From Thermoplasmatales archaeon (GTDB lineage: Archaea > Thermoplasmatota > E2 > UBA202 > JdFR-43): a stretch of 64,000 nucleotides of DNA. The position numbers and the translations under genes were made by a program. This document shows positions 29,408-39,513 of the stretch, in pieces. Under the pieces are notes generated by a model that was not told where the DNA came from, did not search any database, and worked only from the letters and a program-made list of their open reading frames with translations. Where the stretch lies: positions 131,894 through 195,893 of the forward strand of contig JACIWA010000003.1 in assembly GCA_014361195.1 (NCBI GenBank), read 5' to 3'. Position 1 is the first letter of the stretch; each line of letters begins with the position of its first letter.

Positions 29408-32242
29408 ATGGCAAGAAAGAGAGTGAATGAATTTCTATTTGAGGTTAAAAAACCACCCTCCGACATAACTTTTGTGCCCCCAGATTCTATCCTCCACCCA
29501 TATCCTATCAGGATAAAAATTGATGATCCTTATCTTGATAACGTTAAAAGGAAATTCGAAGAATATATCTGTAACGGTATAGCATGGGCGAACGACCAGA
29601 GAAAGAAAGGGAATCCTTATGCAAGATTTCCGTCAGAGGCTGTTTGTGTAAATAATTTAAGGTTAGAGATTAAGGAATGGAGGGAAAAAGGTTATCCTGA
29701 TGTCACAGAGACAACAAGATATTTACTAAATTTCTGGTTTGAACAACCAAGAGATAAGGTGTTCTGGTTTTCCCAAAGGGAAGCTGTTGAGGCATTAATC
29801 TATCTTTATGAAGTTAAGGGAATTACAAAAGTGAGTGAACTTTTGAAGGAATTTGGCGCTTTTAAACTATCAGGATATGGAGAATATGACAAATATCCCA
29901 GATATGCCTTTAGAATGGCAACGGGCTCGGGCAAAACACTTGTAATGGCTTTGCTTACCGTATGGTCTTTCTTCAATTATCTTTATGAGGATAAAGAAAA
30001 ATACACCAGATTCTTCCTCTTTGTTGCACCAAATATAATAGTTTATGATAGACTCAGAAAAGATCTTGAAGATCTATCAATCTATGAAGAATTCCAGCTC
30101 ATACCAAAGGACTGGAAGAGAGATTTTAAAGTCCAAGTTATCACAAGAGATGCATTCTCAAATGCAGATAGGTTCCCACCCCCAGATGATGAAAGTGTAA
30201 TATTTGTGACAAACATACATCAAATAGGGTTTATAGAGAAGAAGACTAAAAGGGAAGATATCATAACAACATTATTTGATATTCCTTCTCCTGGTAAGGA
30301 ACCTTACAAGGCAAAATCGATAAGGTTGTGGGAAATTCTCAATAACTACCCTAATCTGATGATTTTAAAGGATGAAGCCCATCATATACATAGAGAAGAA
30401 GCGAGATGGCAAAACTACTTATGGGATTTGCACGAAGCTTTGATGACTACTCATTCTAAAGGAATATTTATGGAGCTCGATTTTACTGCCACACCTAAAG
30501 ATGAGAGAGGTGCTTTATTTCCATGGATAATTGTGGATTTTTCGCTGCGGGAGGCTTTACAGACAGGAATTGTGAAATACCCTGCGAAAGTTATTGTGCA
30601 TGATGCTCCACCTATCAAGAAAGGATTTTCAATAGAGGATTTTATGCCGTATATCAGAGCAGCGTTAGAGAGATGGAGAAAACATAAGGAAAAACTGAGA
30701 GAGCTTGGAAGAAAATCTGTTCTTTTCATAATGGCAGATGAAATATCAAGTGCAGAAGCAATTTATGAGAAATTGCTTGAAGAACCTGACATAAATTCAT
30801 CGAATATGATGCTTATTCATTCTGAGCTTGATGAATGGAAAACAAAACTAAAGCAAAAAGGAAGAGAAATAGTTTCAAGGATTAGGATTAATGGGGAAGA
30901 GAAAGAAATCGATAAAGAACAGGCGGTTAAACTTGTGAGATGGCTTGATGATCCAGAAAATCCAATAGAGGTTATATCTAGTGTTATGATGTTAAATGAG
31001 GGATGGGATGTTCGTTCGGTTACCGTTATTCTTGGATTGAGATCCTATGCATCAGAAAGAGAAATTCTTCCTGAACAGGTTATAGGAAGAGGATTGAGGA
31101 AGCTCTTCCCTCAGGATGGGATAGATACTGAGAAATGGGTTAACATACTAGAAATTGTCGGACCTCCTAATCTTTTAAAAGTTCTTGATAATCTTGAGCA
31201 ACTCGAGGGCATAAAGATTCCTAATGCTCCAGAGGAATTTTTTGTATCTTTTAATCCGAGAGCGGATGCTCCAGAGGAATTTAGGTTCGAAATACCAAAA
31301 GCAGAGTTTCTTTCTTTCGAAGAAAATATAGATACTAAAGCCATAGTCGATGAAATTTTTTCAAAATTGCCTTCAAATGTTTTTGAGTTATCTGAAATTG
31401 ATGAGTTTAAGAAAAAGTATGAATATGAAGTTATTGACTTGAAGGGGCAAACTTTAGATGAAGGGCAGATTGAAACACCACTTTATGATATTCCTATTAT
31501 TGGATTAACCCGTTTGGCAAGAGAATTGCAGGAAGAAATCCCATTACCCAATTCCTTTAATTTACTGGTGAATATTCTTGAAAAATATATTACAGAAAAA
31601 CTTTTTAACCAACCTGTCGAACTAAACGATGATGTGCTGAGATTTCTGTCTACAAAAGGTTGGTACTTGGAGATAAAGAAAAATATTATAAATATCGCCA
31701 GACCTCTTATAGAAAATCCTATATTCTCAATAGATGCGGAATTAAAACAAACTATTAAAGTGGAAGAACTGGAAAGTTTTCCTTGGACTAAAGATTTTGT
31801 GGATTCTGAAAAGAGCTTATTTGTAAGGATTATTTACGAAGACAATGAAGAGAAAAGGATCCCTTCCTCTCCAGTAGATAATGATATGGAAAGAGATTTT
31901 GTAAATTTTCTAACAAGAGCTAGAGATGTAATATCGTTTATAAAAAACATTCCTCATAAAGTAGGGCTGGGGATCGTCTACTACGACTCAAGAGAGAGGA
32001 AATGGAGAAAGTTTTATCCTGATTTTATAGTAAAGAGTAAGAACGGTCTTTACATTGTAGAAACTAAAGGAAGAGAGGAGATTCAAATTTCAGATAAAAA
32101 TATCGCTGCTAAAAAATGGTGCGAGGCTGTAAGTAAAAGTACAGGCGAGACATGGATATACCTATACCTAAGAGAAGGAGACTGGGATGGAAAAGATAAT
32201 CTTAAAGATTGTAAAGAAGACGATACGAGTAGCATTGCTTAA
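29408..32242 (+). CDS. res: Type III restriction enzyme Res subunit (SF2 helicase plus a C-terminal PD-(D/E)xK nuclease)
   Basis: Walker A MATGSGKT, DEAH box LKDEAHH and a helicase motif VI region. The C-terminal YPDFIVKSKNGLYIVETKG has a PD...ExK nuclease signature. It starts 3 nt after mod. Confidence 0.8.
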   Translation: MARKRVNEFLFEVKKPPSDITFVPPDSILHPYPIRIKIDDPYLDNVKRKFEEYICNGIAWANDQRKKGNPYARFPSEAVCVNNLRLEIKEWREKGYPDVTETTRYLLNFWFEQPRDKVFWFSQREAVEALIYLYEVKGITKVSELLKEFGAFKLSGYGEYDKYPRYAFRMATGSGKTLVMALLTVWSFFNYLYEDKEKYTRFFLFVAPNIIVYDRLRKDLEDLSIYEEFQLIPKDWKRDFKVQVITRDAFSNADRFPPPDDESVIFVTNIHQIGFIEKKTKREDIITTLFDIPSPGKEPYKAKSIRLWEILNNYPNLMILKDEAHHIHREEARWQNYLWDLHEALMTTHSKGIFMELDFTATPKDERGALFPWIIVDFSLREALQTGIVKYPAKVIVHDAPPIKKGFSIEDFMPYIRAALERWRKHKEKLRELGRKSVLFIMADEISSAEAIYEKLLEEPDINSSNMMLIHSELDEWKTKLKQKGREIVSRIRINGEEKEIDKEQAVKLVRWLDDPENPIEVISSVMMLNEGWDVRSVTVILGLRSYASEREILPEQVIGRGLRKLFPQDGIDTEKWVNILEIVGPPNLLKVLDNLEQLEGIKIPNAPEEFFVSFNPRADAPEEFRFEIPKAEFLSFEENIDTKAIVDEIFSKLPSNVFELSEIDEFKKKYEYEVIDLKGQTLDEGQIETPLYDIPIIGLTRLARELQEEIPLPNSFNLLVNILEKYITEKLFNQPVELNDDVLRFLSTKGWYLEIKKNIINIARPLIENPIFSIDAELKQTIKVEELESFPWTKDFVDSEKSLFVRIIYEDNEEKRIPSSPVDNDMERDFVNFLTRARDVISFIKNIPHKVGLGIVYYDSRERKWRKFYPDFIVKSKNGLYIVETKGREEIQISDKNIAAKKWCEAVSKSTGETWIYLYLREGDWDGKDNLKDCKEDDTSSIA

Positions 32243-32304
32243 ATTAAAAAAAGAAGGATGAGCTACGAGAGTTGAAAAATTCTTAAAATTTCAATATTTT
32301 GGTA

Positions 32305-32392
32305 GGCGCTGAGGGTGGGATTTGAACCCACGAGGAGCGTAAGCTCCACAGGCTCTCAAGGCCTGCGCCGTAGTCCGCTTGGCTACCTCAGC
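32305..32392 (-). tRNA. tRNA-Ser (anticodon UGA), class II with a long variable arm; CCA not encoded
   Basis: Hand-folded cloverleaf: acceptor GCTGAGG/CCTCAGC, anticodon stem CAGGC/GCCTG with loop CTTGAGA, variable stem GGAGC/GCTCC, and T-arm GTGGG-TTCAAAT-CCCAC. Confidence 0.85.
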
Positions 32393-32442
32393 AAAGTAAG
32401 CAAAGCAAAAATAAATAAAAAAGAATATAAAAATTTAAAGGG

Positions 32443-32754
32443 TTAAGATTTAAGAATTATCTCTATATTAACTCCATCTGGAACTTGCACTCGCATTAAT
32501 TGGCGCAATGCTCTATCCTGGGCATCTATTTCAACCAGTCTTTTGTGAATTCTCATTTCCCAGTGATCCCATGTTTCTGAGCCCTCTCCATCTGGACTTT
32601 TTCTGCAAGGAACAATAAGTCTTTTTGTTGGCAATGGTATTGGCCCTTTCATTCTCACTCCAGTTTTCTCCGCGATTTTTTTAATTTGAGAACATACTTC
32701 ATCTATTTTTTTTGCGTCTGTGCCAGTGAGTGTTATTCTTGCTATCTGTGTCAT
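32443..32754 (-). CDS. rps10: 30S ribosomal protein S10
   Basis: ...[36 protein letters not shown]. Confidence 0.9.
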   Translation of the reverse strand: MTQIARITLTGTDAKKIDEVCSQIKKIAEKTGVRMKGPIPLPTKRLIVPCRKSPDGEGSETWDHWEMRIHKRLVEIDAQDRALRQLMRVQVPDGVNIEIILKS

Positions 32755-34044
32755 TTACATCAGTTTCTCATCAACTTCTATGCATACCCCCGCTCCCACT
32801 GTTTGACCCATATCACGAATTGCAAATCTTCCAAGCTCTGGGAAATCTTTTGCCCTTTCTATAACCATTGGGCGAGTTGGTCTTATTTTAACAACAGCAG
32901 CATCTCCTGTTTTTAGCATTTGTGGATTTTCTTCTTTAACTTCTCCGCTCCTTGGATCAATCTTCTTAACCAGCTCTTCAAACCTGCAAGCTACCTGTGC
33001 GGTGTGGCAATGGAATACGGGTGTATATCCTACTGTTATAACCGAAGGATGATTCAATACCATGATTTGAGCGGTAAATAGCTTTGCTACTGTTGGAGGA
33101 TTATCTACATGCCCCGCAACATCTCCTCTCCTTACATCTTTTTTGCTTATTCCTCTTATATTAGCTCCTATATTGTCTCCAGGCACCGCTTGAGGAATTG
33201 TTTCGTGATGCATTTCTATTGATTTAACTTCCCCAACCACTCCTTTTGGTTGAGCGGATGGTAGGAAAATGAGTTTATCCTCTGGTTTCATTACTCCTGT
33301 TTCAACTCTTCCAACTGGAACTGTTCCTACACCTGTAATGGAGTAAACATCCTGTATTGGCCATCTCAATGGTTTGTCAATTGGTTTTGGAGGAACTTTG
33401 AATTCATTAATAGCTTCTAGCAATGTTGGTCCGTCCCACCATTCTAATTTTTTCCTCTCCTTTACATTATCTCCATTCCATGCAGATACAGGAATATATT
33501 TTACATCCTTATATCCAACACTGGTGAGTAATTTTTCCGCCTGCGCTTTCACTTCTTCATATCTTTGCTTGCTATAAGGAGGTTGAGTCGCATCCATCTT
33601 GTTTATGGCGACAACAATCTGGGGCACACCGAGTGTTCTTGCGAGCCATGCATGTTCCTTTGTTTGCGCCATCACGCCCTCACCAGGTGCTGCAGATACG
33701 ACAAGAATTGCACAATCTGCCTGGCTTGTTCCTGTAATCATGTTCTTCACGAAGTCTCTGTGGCCCGGCGCATCAATAATTGTGAAGTAATATTTGTCTG
33801 TGTCAAAGCGCTGGTGGGCAACATCTATAGTTAGGCCTCTCTCCCTCTCCTCTTTTAGTCTATCCATTACCCAAGCAAGTGCAAAAGACTCTTTACCCAA
33901 TGATTTTGCCTCTTCCATGTACTTTTGGACTACATGGGTATCAACTTGCCCTGTCTCAAGCATCAGTCTTCCTACAAGTGTTGATTTTCCATGATCAACA
34001 TGCCCGATTGTAACCAGATTTAAATGGGGTTTTTGTGCTGGCAT
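32755..34044 (-). CDS. tuf: Translation elongation factor aEF-1 alpha
   Basis: [17 protein letters not shown] and NKMD GTPase motifs; the overall sequence is archaeal EF1A. It abuts rps10. Confidence 0.95.
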   Translation of the reverse strand: MPAQKPHLNLVTIGHVDHGKSTLVGRLMLETGQVDTHVVQKYMEEAKSLGKESFALAWVMDRLKEERERGLTIDVAHQRFDTDKYYFTIIDAPGHRDFVKNMITGTSQADCAILVVSAAPGEGVMAQTKEHAWLARTLGVPQIVVAINKMDATQPPYSKQRYEEVKAQAEKLLTSVGYKDVKYIPVSAWNGDNVKERKKLEWWDGPTLLEAINEFKVPPKPIDKPLRWPIQDVYSITGVGTVPVGRVETGVMKPEDKLIFLPSAQPKGVVGEVKSIEMHHETIPQAVPGDNIGANIRGISKKDVRRGDVAGHVDNPPTVAKLFTAQIMVLNHPSVITVGYTPVFHCHTAQVACRFEELVKKIDPRSGEVKEENPQMLKTGDAAVVKIRPTRPMVIERAKDFPELGRFAIRDMGQTVGAGVCIEVDEKLM

Positions 34045-34096
34045 TTTTAACCACCTTAGCGTAAATAAGTCATTGTATATATATTTTTTTTCCTGC

Positions 34097-34295
34097 TGTA
34101 ATGACAGCTATATCTTTTTCATTATCCACAAGTATTTTCTTGGTTTTCCATATTTTTTTATTCCGCTCTAACCTTTACATCCATTTCCCGTTTGATTTAA
34201 AACAATTCAAATTTTTCATGTTTTTTCATTGTTAATGGTTTGCTTTCTTATCTATTGTTTCATCTCTATAGGAAAACTTGGAAATGATGTCCATT
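34097..34295. repeat. Copy A of a conserved non-coding block set: block 1 at 34097-34123, block 2 near 34224-34261, block 3 at 34264-34295
   Basis: TGTAATGACAGCTATATCTTTTTCATT, TTCATTGTTAATGGTTTGCTTTCTTATCTATT and CTATAGGAAAACTTGGAAATG..TCCAT match copy B at 49307-49725 with only 1-3 mismatches per block. Confidence 0.5.
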
Positions 34296-34348
34296 TATGG
34301 TTATTTTGTAAGCCCAAAATCTTTATATCTTTTATTATTTTTTCTCTG

Positions 34349-34900
34349 ATGAAATTCATTGTTGCAATAACTGGGGCGAGCGGTGTTTTATATGGTATTA
34401 GGCTATTGGAGGAATTAAAAAAAAGAAATAACTTTGTTTATTTGATAATTAGTGATACGGGCAAAAAGTTAATAGAGGAAGAAACAGATTATGGGCTTAA
34501 CAAAATAAGCAAAAAAGCGGACAAAACATTTAGCGAAAATGAAATTACCGCAGAAATTGCTAGTGGGTCAGCTAAATATGATGCAATGATAGTTTGCCCG
34601 TGCAGTGGAAAAACTCTATCCGCTATCGCTAACGGATTGGCTATTAACTTAATAATAAGGAGTGCAATTTGCTGTTTAAAAGAAGGGAGGAAATTGATTC
34701 TTGTTCCAAGAGAAACACCTCTTGATGCGATATATCTAGAAAATATGCTGAAACTCAATAGATTAGGGGTTATAATTCTTCCTGCAATGCCCGCATTTTA
34801 TATAAAGCCAAAAAGTGTTGATGAAATGGTAAATTTTATTGTAGGAAAAATAATGGATCAACTAGGGATAAAGAATGATTTGTATAAAAGGTGGAAATAA
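34349..34900 (+). CDS. ubiX: Flavin prenyltransferase UbiX
   Basis: MKFIVAITGASGV....CPCSGKTLS, a typical UbiX/Pad1 flavoprotein. The first 40 codons of ORF 34229 cover the conserved non-coding blocks and are judged to be 5' leader. Confidence 0.75.
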   Translation: MKFIVAITGASGVLYGIRLLEELKKRNNFVYLIISDTGKKLIEEETDYGLNKISKKADKTFSENEITAEIASGSAKYDAMIVCPCSGKTLSAIANGLAINLIIRSAICCLKEGRKLILVPRETPLDAIYLENMLKLNRLGVIILPAMPAFYIKPKSVDEMVNFIVGKIMDQLGIKNDLYKRWK

Positions 34901-34906
34901 ATTTAA

Positions 34907-35059
34907 TTATTTTCTTTTCTTAATTTCTTCAGCAAGCTCTCCATCTTCAATTATCAAAGCCCCTATATAACCACAATCCTTGCACTTCCATTTACTCCTA
35001 TCTTGTGGTATAATCCAGTCAATATTACTCGAGCCACATTTAGGGCAATATTTTGTCAT
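34907..35059 (-). CDS. Small zinc-ribbon protein (50 aa); not in the supplied ORF track
   Basis: Manual translation MTKYCPKCGSSNIDWIIPQDRSKWKCKDCGYIGALIIEDGELAEEIKKRK with CPKC...CKDC pairs. Confidence 0.4.
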   Translation of the reverse strand: MTKYCPKCGSSNIDWIIPQDRSKWKCKDCGYIGALIIEDGELAEEIKKRK

Positions 35060-35127
35060 TGTGAATAAAACAACCGATATAAAAAAACCTGCCTAAAATT
35101 TATATACGGATAAAAAATAACTTCCAT

Positions 35128-35592
35128 ATGGGCAAAAAAGGCTTGCTTGCGGTTGTAACTATTGCAATTGTTTATTTTGTATGGCTAATCTTATGGGCAT
35201 TTCTTGAGTTTTTCACTGATTTAAATTTGCCAATTTCTTTGAAAGTTTGGAGCATAATCGGAATTTTCCTTTACATTGCACTGATTTTAATTGAAATTTT
35301 ATTTATGATAGAAAGGGAGAAAAAGGAGGAAATTCCAAAGAAAATAAAAAAAGTTGTTTGTGGATATTGCAAAACAAAATTTGATATATCTGATACTGGA
35401 GAAAGACCGCTGAATTACATTTGCCCCAATTGTGGAAATGAAGGCGCGCTAAAAGGAAAAACTTTGAAAGGTATTAGCATTTTTATAGAATGCTCAAATT
35501 GCGGAAAAGAAGCGGAGATATTTTATTCTGGAGAGAGACCTTTTGAATATGTTTGTCCTCATTGTCATGCAAAAGGGATAATAAATGATTAA
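35128..35592 (+). CDS. Membrane protein with a tandem zinc-ribbon cytoplasmic tail
   Basis: Two N-terminal hydrophobic helices, then CGYCKT...CPNCG and CSNCGK...CPHCH. Confidence 0.45.
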   Translation: MGKKGLLAVVTIAIVYFVWLILWAFLEFFTDLNLPISLKVWSIIGIFLYIALILIEILFMIEREKKEEIPKKIKKVVCGYCKTKFDISDTGERPLNYICPNCGNEGALKGKTLKGISIFIECSNCGKEAEIFYSGERPFEYVCPHCHAKGIIND

Positions 35593-35839
35593 AGCAAGGA
35601 TTGAAATAAAATTAAAAAAAGGAATAGTTGATCCCGAAGGGAAAAATATTGCAAAAGCTTTGAATTTACTTGGCTTTAAAAATGTAAAAAATGTAAAAAC
35701 ATCCAAAATAATAGAAATATTGATTGATGAAGAAAATGAAAGAGATGCATTAAGAGAAGTGGAGGAAATGTGCAAAAAATTACTTACAAATCCTGTGGTT
35801 AATGAATATTCAATAAAGATAGAGGGCGTGGATGAGTGA
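35585..35839 (+). CDS. purS: Phosphoribosylformylglycinamidine synthase subunit PurS
   Basis: 84 aa, MIKARIEIKLKKGIVDPEGKNI (a PurS pattern). It overlaps the purL start. Confidence 0.8.
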   Translation: MIKARIEIKLKKGIVDPEGKNIAKALNLLGFKNVKNVKTSKIIEILIDEENERDALREVEEMCKKLLTNPVVNEYSIKIEGVDE

Positions 35840-38153
35840 GCATCTATTTATTGAAGATGGTTATGTATGCAGAATAAATATATTAGATGCAGATGACAAC
35901 CATCTTGAAGAAATAAGTAAATCAATGAAGTTAGCTCTAAATCTTGAAGAAATGAAAAAAATAAGGGAATATTTTAGGAAAAAAAATAGGATGCCAACTG
36001 ATTTGGAGCTTGAAGCAATAGCTCAGGCATGGAGCGAGCATTGCTGTTATAAATCATCAAAATACTGGTTAAGAAAATATCTTTATAGGATAGGAAAAAA
36101 TAAAATTGTTGCAAGAGAAGATGCAGGGGTAATGAAATTTGATGCCCGTCATTATTATTCAATTGCCCTGGAAAGTCATAACCATCCATCCGCTGTTGAG
36201 CCTTATGGGGGGGCTGCGACTGGTATAGGGGGGATAATAAGAGATGTTTTATGCATGGGCTCAAAGCCAGTGGCTCTTATAGATGCAATATTTTTTGGAA
36301 AGCTGGATACTGAATATGAAAAGCTTCCGCAGGGAGTAAAACATCCAAGATATCTTTTTAAGAGAGTTGTTGAGGGGATAAGAGATTATGGAAATAGGGT
36401 TGGAATTCCAACAGTAGCGGGGCAGGTATATTTTCACAATAGCTATTTAGGAAATTGTCTTGTAAATGTAGGTTGCATAGGGATTATGAAAAAAGAGCAT
36501 CTTATTCACAGTAGTGTAAAGAACCCGGGAGATATTTATATATATGCGGGCGGGAAAACTGGTAGGGATGGAATACATGGAGTTACTTTTGCATCAGAGG
36601 AGCTTGACGAAGAAATGGAGGAAGAAATAACAGCTGTTCAGCTCGGCGATCCAGTAACAAAAGAGCCTTTAATACACGCCTGCTTGGAATGTGTTGAAAA
36701 AGGACTGGTGGAGGGCATGAAGGATATGGGCGGGGGCGGGCTCTCCTGCGTTTGCAGTGAAATTGCCTATGAAGGAGGAAAGGGTGCGGAAGTTTATCTC
36801 GATAGAGTGCCTTTAAGAGAGGAAAATATGAAGCCGTGGGAGATATGGGTTTCAGAATCGCAGGAGAGAATGCTTCTTGTTGTTAAGAGGGAAAATGTTG
36901 ATGAGGTTTTGAAAATTTTTGAAAAATGGGATATTGATGCGGTTGCAATTGGAAAAGTTATAGATGAGCCCAAGATTAAAATTTTTTACAAGGGACAGAA
37001 AGTAGGGGAAATTGATCTTGCTTTTCAGGTAGGAGGGGTTGAATATGTAAGAAATTATGTTAAGCCATGTGAGAAAGAAAAGGAAGATATTGAATTTCCA
37101 ATGCCAAATTTACAGGATATATTTACAAAAATTCTTTCATCATATAATGTTTCAAGCAGAGAATGGGTGATAAGGCAATATGATTTTGAAGTAAAGGGAG
37201 CAACAGTTGTTAAGCCATTGCATGGAGAATTTTTCTCGCAAACTCATTCAGATGCAGTCGTTATTAAGCCACTGGAGGAATCATTTAAGGGGCTTGCTAT
37301 AACAATAGATATAAATCCGTATTTTACTGAATTGAATCCCTACTGGGGCACAACATCTGCTATAGATGAAGCCTGCAGAAATATAGCATCTGTTGGAGCA
37401 AAAATAAATTCATTTGCGGATTGCCTTAATTTCGGAAACCCTGAAAATCCCGAAAGAATGGGAGAAATTATTGAAGCAATAAGAGCTCTGTATGATATGG
37501 GTAAAAAATTAGGTATTCCATATGTTTCAGGAAATGTTAGCCTGTATAATGAAAGCACAGCGGGTGCGGTTGCGCCGACGCCCGCGATAATGGGGGTTGG
37601 AATTTTAAAAGATGTTAGGAAATGCGCGACAACAAACTTAAAGGAAGAGGGAAATCCAATATATTTGATAGGAGAGACAAAAAAGGAGATGGGTGGGAGT
37701 GAGTATTATCAAGCTCTTGGAATTGATGCGGGTAAAGTGCCGAGGAGTGATGCAAAAGTTTTGAAAATAAGCATGAGTAAAGTTGTTAGGGCAATTGATA
37801 AGGGCTATATAAAGGCCTGTCATGATGTATCAAATGGGGGGATTGCAATTGCTATTGCGGAAATGGTTACGGGAGGAAAGGGAGCGGAAATATGCTTATA
37901 TTCTTTAGGAAATTTAAGGACAGATTTCAAGCTATTTTCTGAAAGTAATACGAGATGGATTGTTGAAGTTAGAAAAGATAAGGAAGAAGATTTTAAAAAC
38001 CTTTTTGAAGGATTAAAAATATATAAAATAGGAAATGTAAAAGGGAAAAATCTTGTTATTTATGATGGAGATGAAATAGAAGAATTTATAAACATGGATA
38101 AGAAATTTTTGTATGAAATATGGAATAAAAAATTGTGGGAAGAAATGGGTTAA
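35832..38153 (+). CDS. purL: Phosphoribosylformylglycinamidine synthase II (PurL)
   Basis: 773 aa with AIR-synthase-related duplicated domains, HNHPSAVEPYGGAATG and the small-PurL architecture. Confidence 0.9.
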   Translation: MSEHLFIEDGYVCRINILDADDNHLEEISKSMKLALNLEEMKKIREYFRKKNRMPTDLELEAIAQAWSEHCCYKSSKYWLRKYLYRIGKNKIVAREDAGVMKFDARHYYSIALESHNHPSAVEPYGGAATGIGGIIRDVLCMGSKPVALIDAIFFGKLDTEYEKLPQGVKHPRYLFKRVVEGIRDYGNRVGIPTVAGQVYFHNSYLGNCLVNVGCIGIMKKEHLIHSSVKNPGDIYIYAGGKTGRDGIHGVTFASEELDEEMEEEITAVQLGDPVTKEPLIHACLECVEKGLVEGMKDMGGGGLSCVCSEIAYEGGKGAEVYLDRVPLREENMKPWEIWVSESQERMLLVVKRENVDEVLKIFEKWDIDAVAIGKVIDEPKIKIFYKGQKVGEIDLAFQVGGVEYVRNYVKPCEKEKEDIEFPMPNLQDIFTKILSSYNVSSREWVIRQYDFEVKGATVVKPLHGEFFSQTHSDAVVIKPLEESFKGLAITIDINPYFTELNPYWGTTSAIDEACRNIASVGAKINSFADCLNFGNPENPERMGEIIEAIRALYDMGKKLGIPYVSGNVSLYNESTAGAVAPTPAIMGVGILKDVRKCATTNLKEEGNPIYLIGETKKEMGGSEYYQALGIDAGKVPRSDAKVLKISMSKVVRAIDKGYIKACHDVSNGGIAIAIAEMVTGGKGAEICLYSLGNLRTDFKLFSESNTRWIVEVRKDKEEDFKNLFEGLKIYKIGNVKGKNLVIYDGDEIEEFINMDKKFLYEIWNKKLWEEMG

Positions 38154-39166
38154 AAATCAAATAAATTTTTTTGTTTCAGTTTCTTTGCAAAGTTCTTATA
38201 CTTCTCAATTGCATTAATAACTCTTTCCTTATTAAAATCATGCTCATCACACATAAAACTAATTGTTGCTTTCTCATCTATTTCACTCCATTCTAAGTTA
38301 TAATCTGGATTTATATCTGGCTCGAGAAATATTTTCCTCACCTCTTCATATCCTTCTATATTCAAAATATTTTTTTCTATCAAATTTTCTATGCAACCAT
38401 GCTCCTTTATTAGTTTCAAAGCCTTTTTAGGCCCTATTCCTTCCACTCCTTCATTAAAGTCTGTGCCAATTAAAATCGCTATATCCACAATTTGCTCCCT
38501 GGTTATTCCATTATCTTCAAAAATTCTCTCACTCAATATTTCCTCAGGATAAACATCTACATATATCCGCTTATTCGATAATTTTCTCCTTCCAGTAATA
38601 GCAAGATTTCTTATCAGCATTTTAGCTCCAAAAAGAATTGAATCATAATCCTGAGAGGCAACTCCATAAACATCACCCCTCATATTCATGTAAGCAGCCT
38701 GCCCCTCCCCCTCGCCCTTTGCCTCTATATAAGGGATGCCCAAGTAATGAAGCAATTCTTTAGATTGGTTTATTATTTTCTCATTTATTGTTCCACTTCT
38801 CTTTGCTTTTTTAAGAGCTTCTTCAATATCTCCCTCTTTTAATGCCTCTTCCCATTCTTCTCTTGCAGTCTCCCTTATTTCCTTCCTCTTTTTCAAAACC
38901 CTTAATTTTAAAGGATGTGGTTCTCCGTCAAAAACATATACAGGTTTTATTCCATATTCAACAAAATTTGCGGTTCTGTAAAAAATTCCTGATAGATGAG
39001 AAGTTATATTTCCTTTTCTATCTTTAAGTGATGTACCATCTATCTGGCGAATTATTGCAATAAACTGATGAATTGCATTAAATGCATCAATTGCAATTAT
39101 TTTTCCAGATAGATCAGAAATTTCTATTTTCCTTGCAGATATAAATGGCTTTAAATTTACTCCCAT
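38150..39166 (-). CDS. fen: Flap endonuclease FEN-1
   Basis: N-terminal MGVNLKPF...IAIDAFNAIHQF and an XPG-I region ...YGVASQDYDSILFG. Confidence 0.9.
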   Translation of the reverse strand: MGVNLKPFISARKIEISDLSGKIIAIDAFNAIHQFIAIIRQIDGTSLKDRKGNITSHLSGIFYRTANFVEYGIKPVYVFDGEPHPLKLRVLKKRKEIRETAREEWEEALKEGDIEEALKKAKRSGTINEKIINQSKELLHYLGIPYIEAKGEGEGQAAYMNMRGDVYGVASQDYDSILFGAKMLIRNLAITGRRKLSNKRIYVDVYPEEILSERIFEDNGITREQIVDIAILIGTDFNEGVEGIGPKKALKLIKEHGCIENLIEKNILNIEGYEEVRKIFLEPDINPDYNLEWSEIDEKATISFMCDEHDFNKERVINAIEKYKNFAKKLKQKNLFDF

Positions 39167-39513
39167 TTTACCTCAAACCATTCAACCTTTTTTCTTTCAA
39201 CAAGTTCCTTTATTCTTTTTTCCTCCTCGCTTAATCTGCTATTTCCAGTTTTGAACTCAACGAATATAATTTTATCATCTTCAAACTGTATTCCATCTAT
39301 TGGAGAGCCAATAAATCTGAATTTTTTTGTTTCATAGGGATAATTTTTCATAAATGGTGCAAATTGCTCCATGATTTTTCCGTGCAATATAGAAATACTT
39401 TTCTTATCCTTCTTTAAAGGATATACAACTTTTCTGTAGATATATATAACTCCCGCAAGAAAACCAAATAGAAGACCAATAAGAAATACATAGATATAAA
39501 CAAAAGGATCCAT
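39157..39513 (-). CDS. Membrane-anchored Holliday-junction-resolvase-like (PD-(D/E)xK fold) endonuclease, COG4741-like
   Basis: An N-terminal TM helix followed by an IDGIQFEDDKIIFVEFKTG motif (D...E.K). It overlaps the fen start. Confidence 0.45.
   Translation of the reverse strand: MDPFVYIYVFLIGLLFGFLAGVIYIYRKVVYPLKKDKKSISILHGKIMEQFAPFMKNYPYETKKFRFIGSPIDGIQFEDDKIIFVEFKTGNSRLSEEEKRIKELVERKKVEWFEVKWE

Noticed and set aside
26515-32392. Integrated element with attL/attR at tRNA-Ser
   Set aside because: The tRNA-Ser 3' end (ggcgctgagggtgggatttgaaccc on the plus strand) is not repeated near 26.5-27.4 kb. No integrase, excisionase or transposase gene is present. Only the R-M genes suggest island status, so it is reported as a finding rather than a mobile_element feature.
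34229-34348. N-terminal 40 codons of the ubiX ORF
   Set aside because: This extension is hydrophobic and Cys/Phe-rich and coincides with the conserved non-coding blocks. UbiX homologues start at MKFIVAITGASG, so the true start was taken as 34349.
35832-38153. Intein or selenocysteine recoding in large genes (purL, feoB, res, the giant ORF)
   Set aside because: Lengths are normal for the families, no in-frame TGA interrupts conserved regions, and no intein block motifs were seen.
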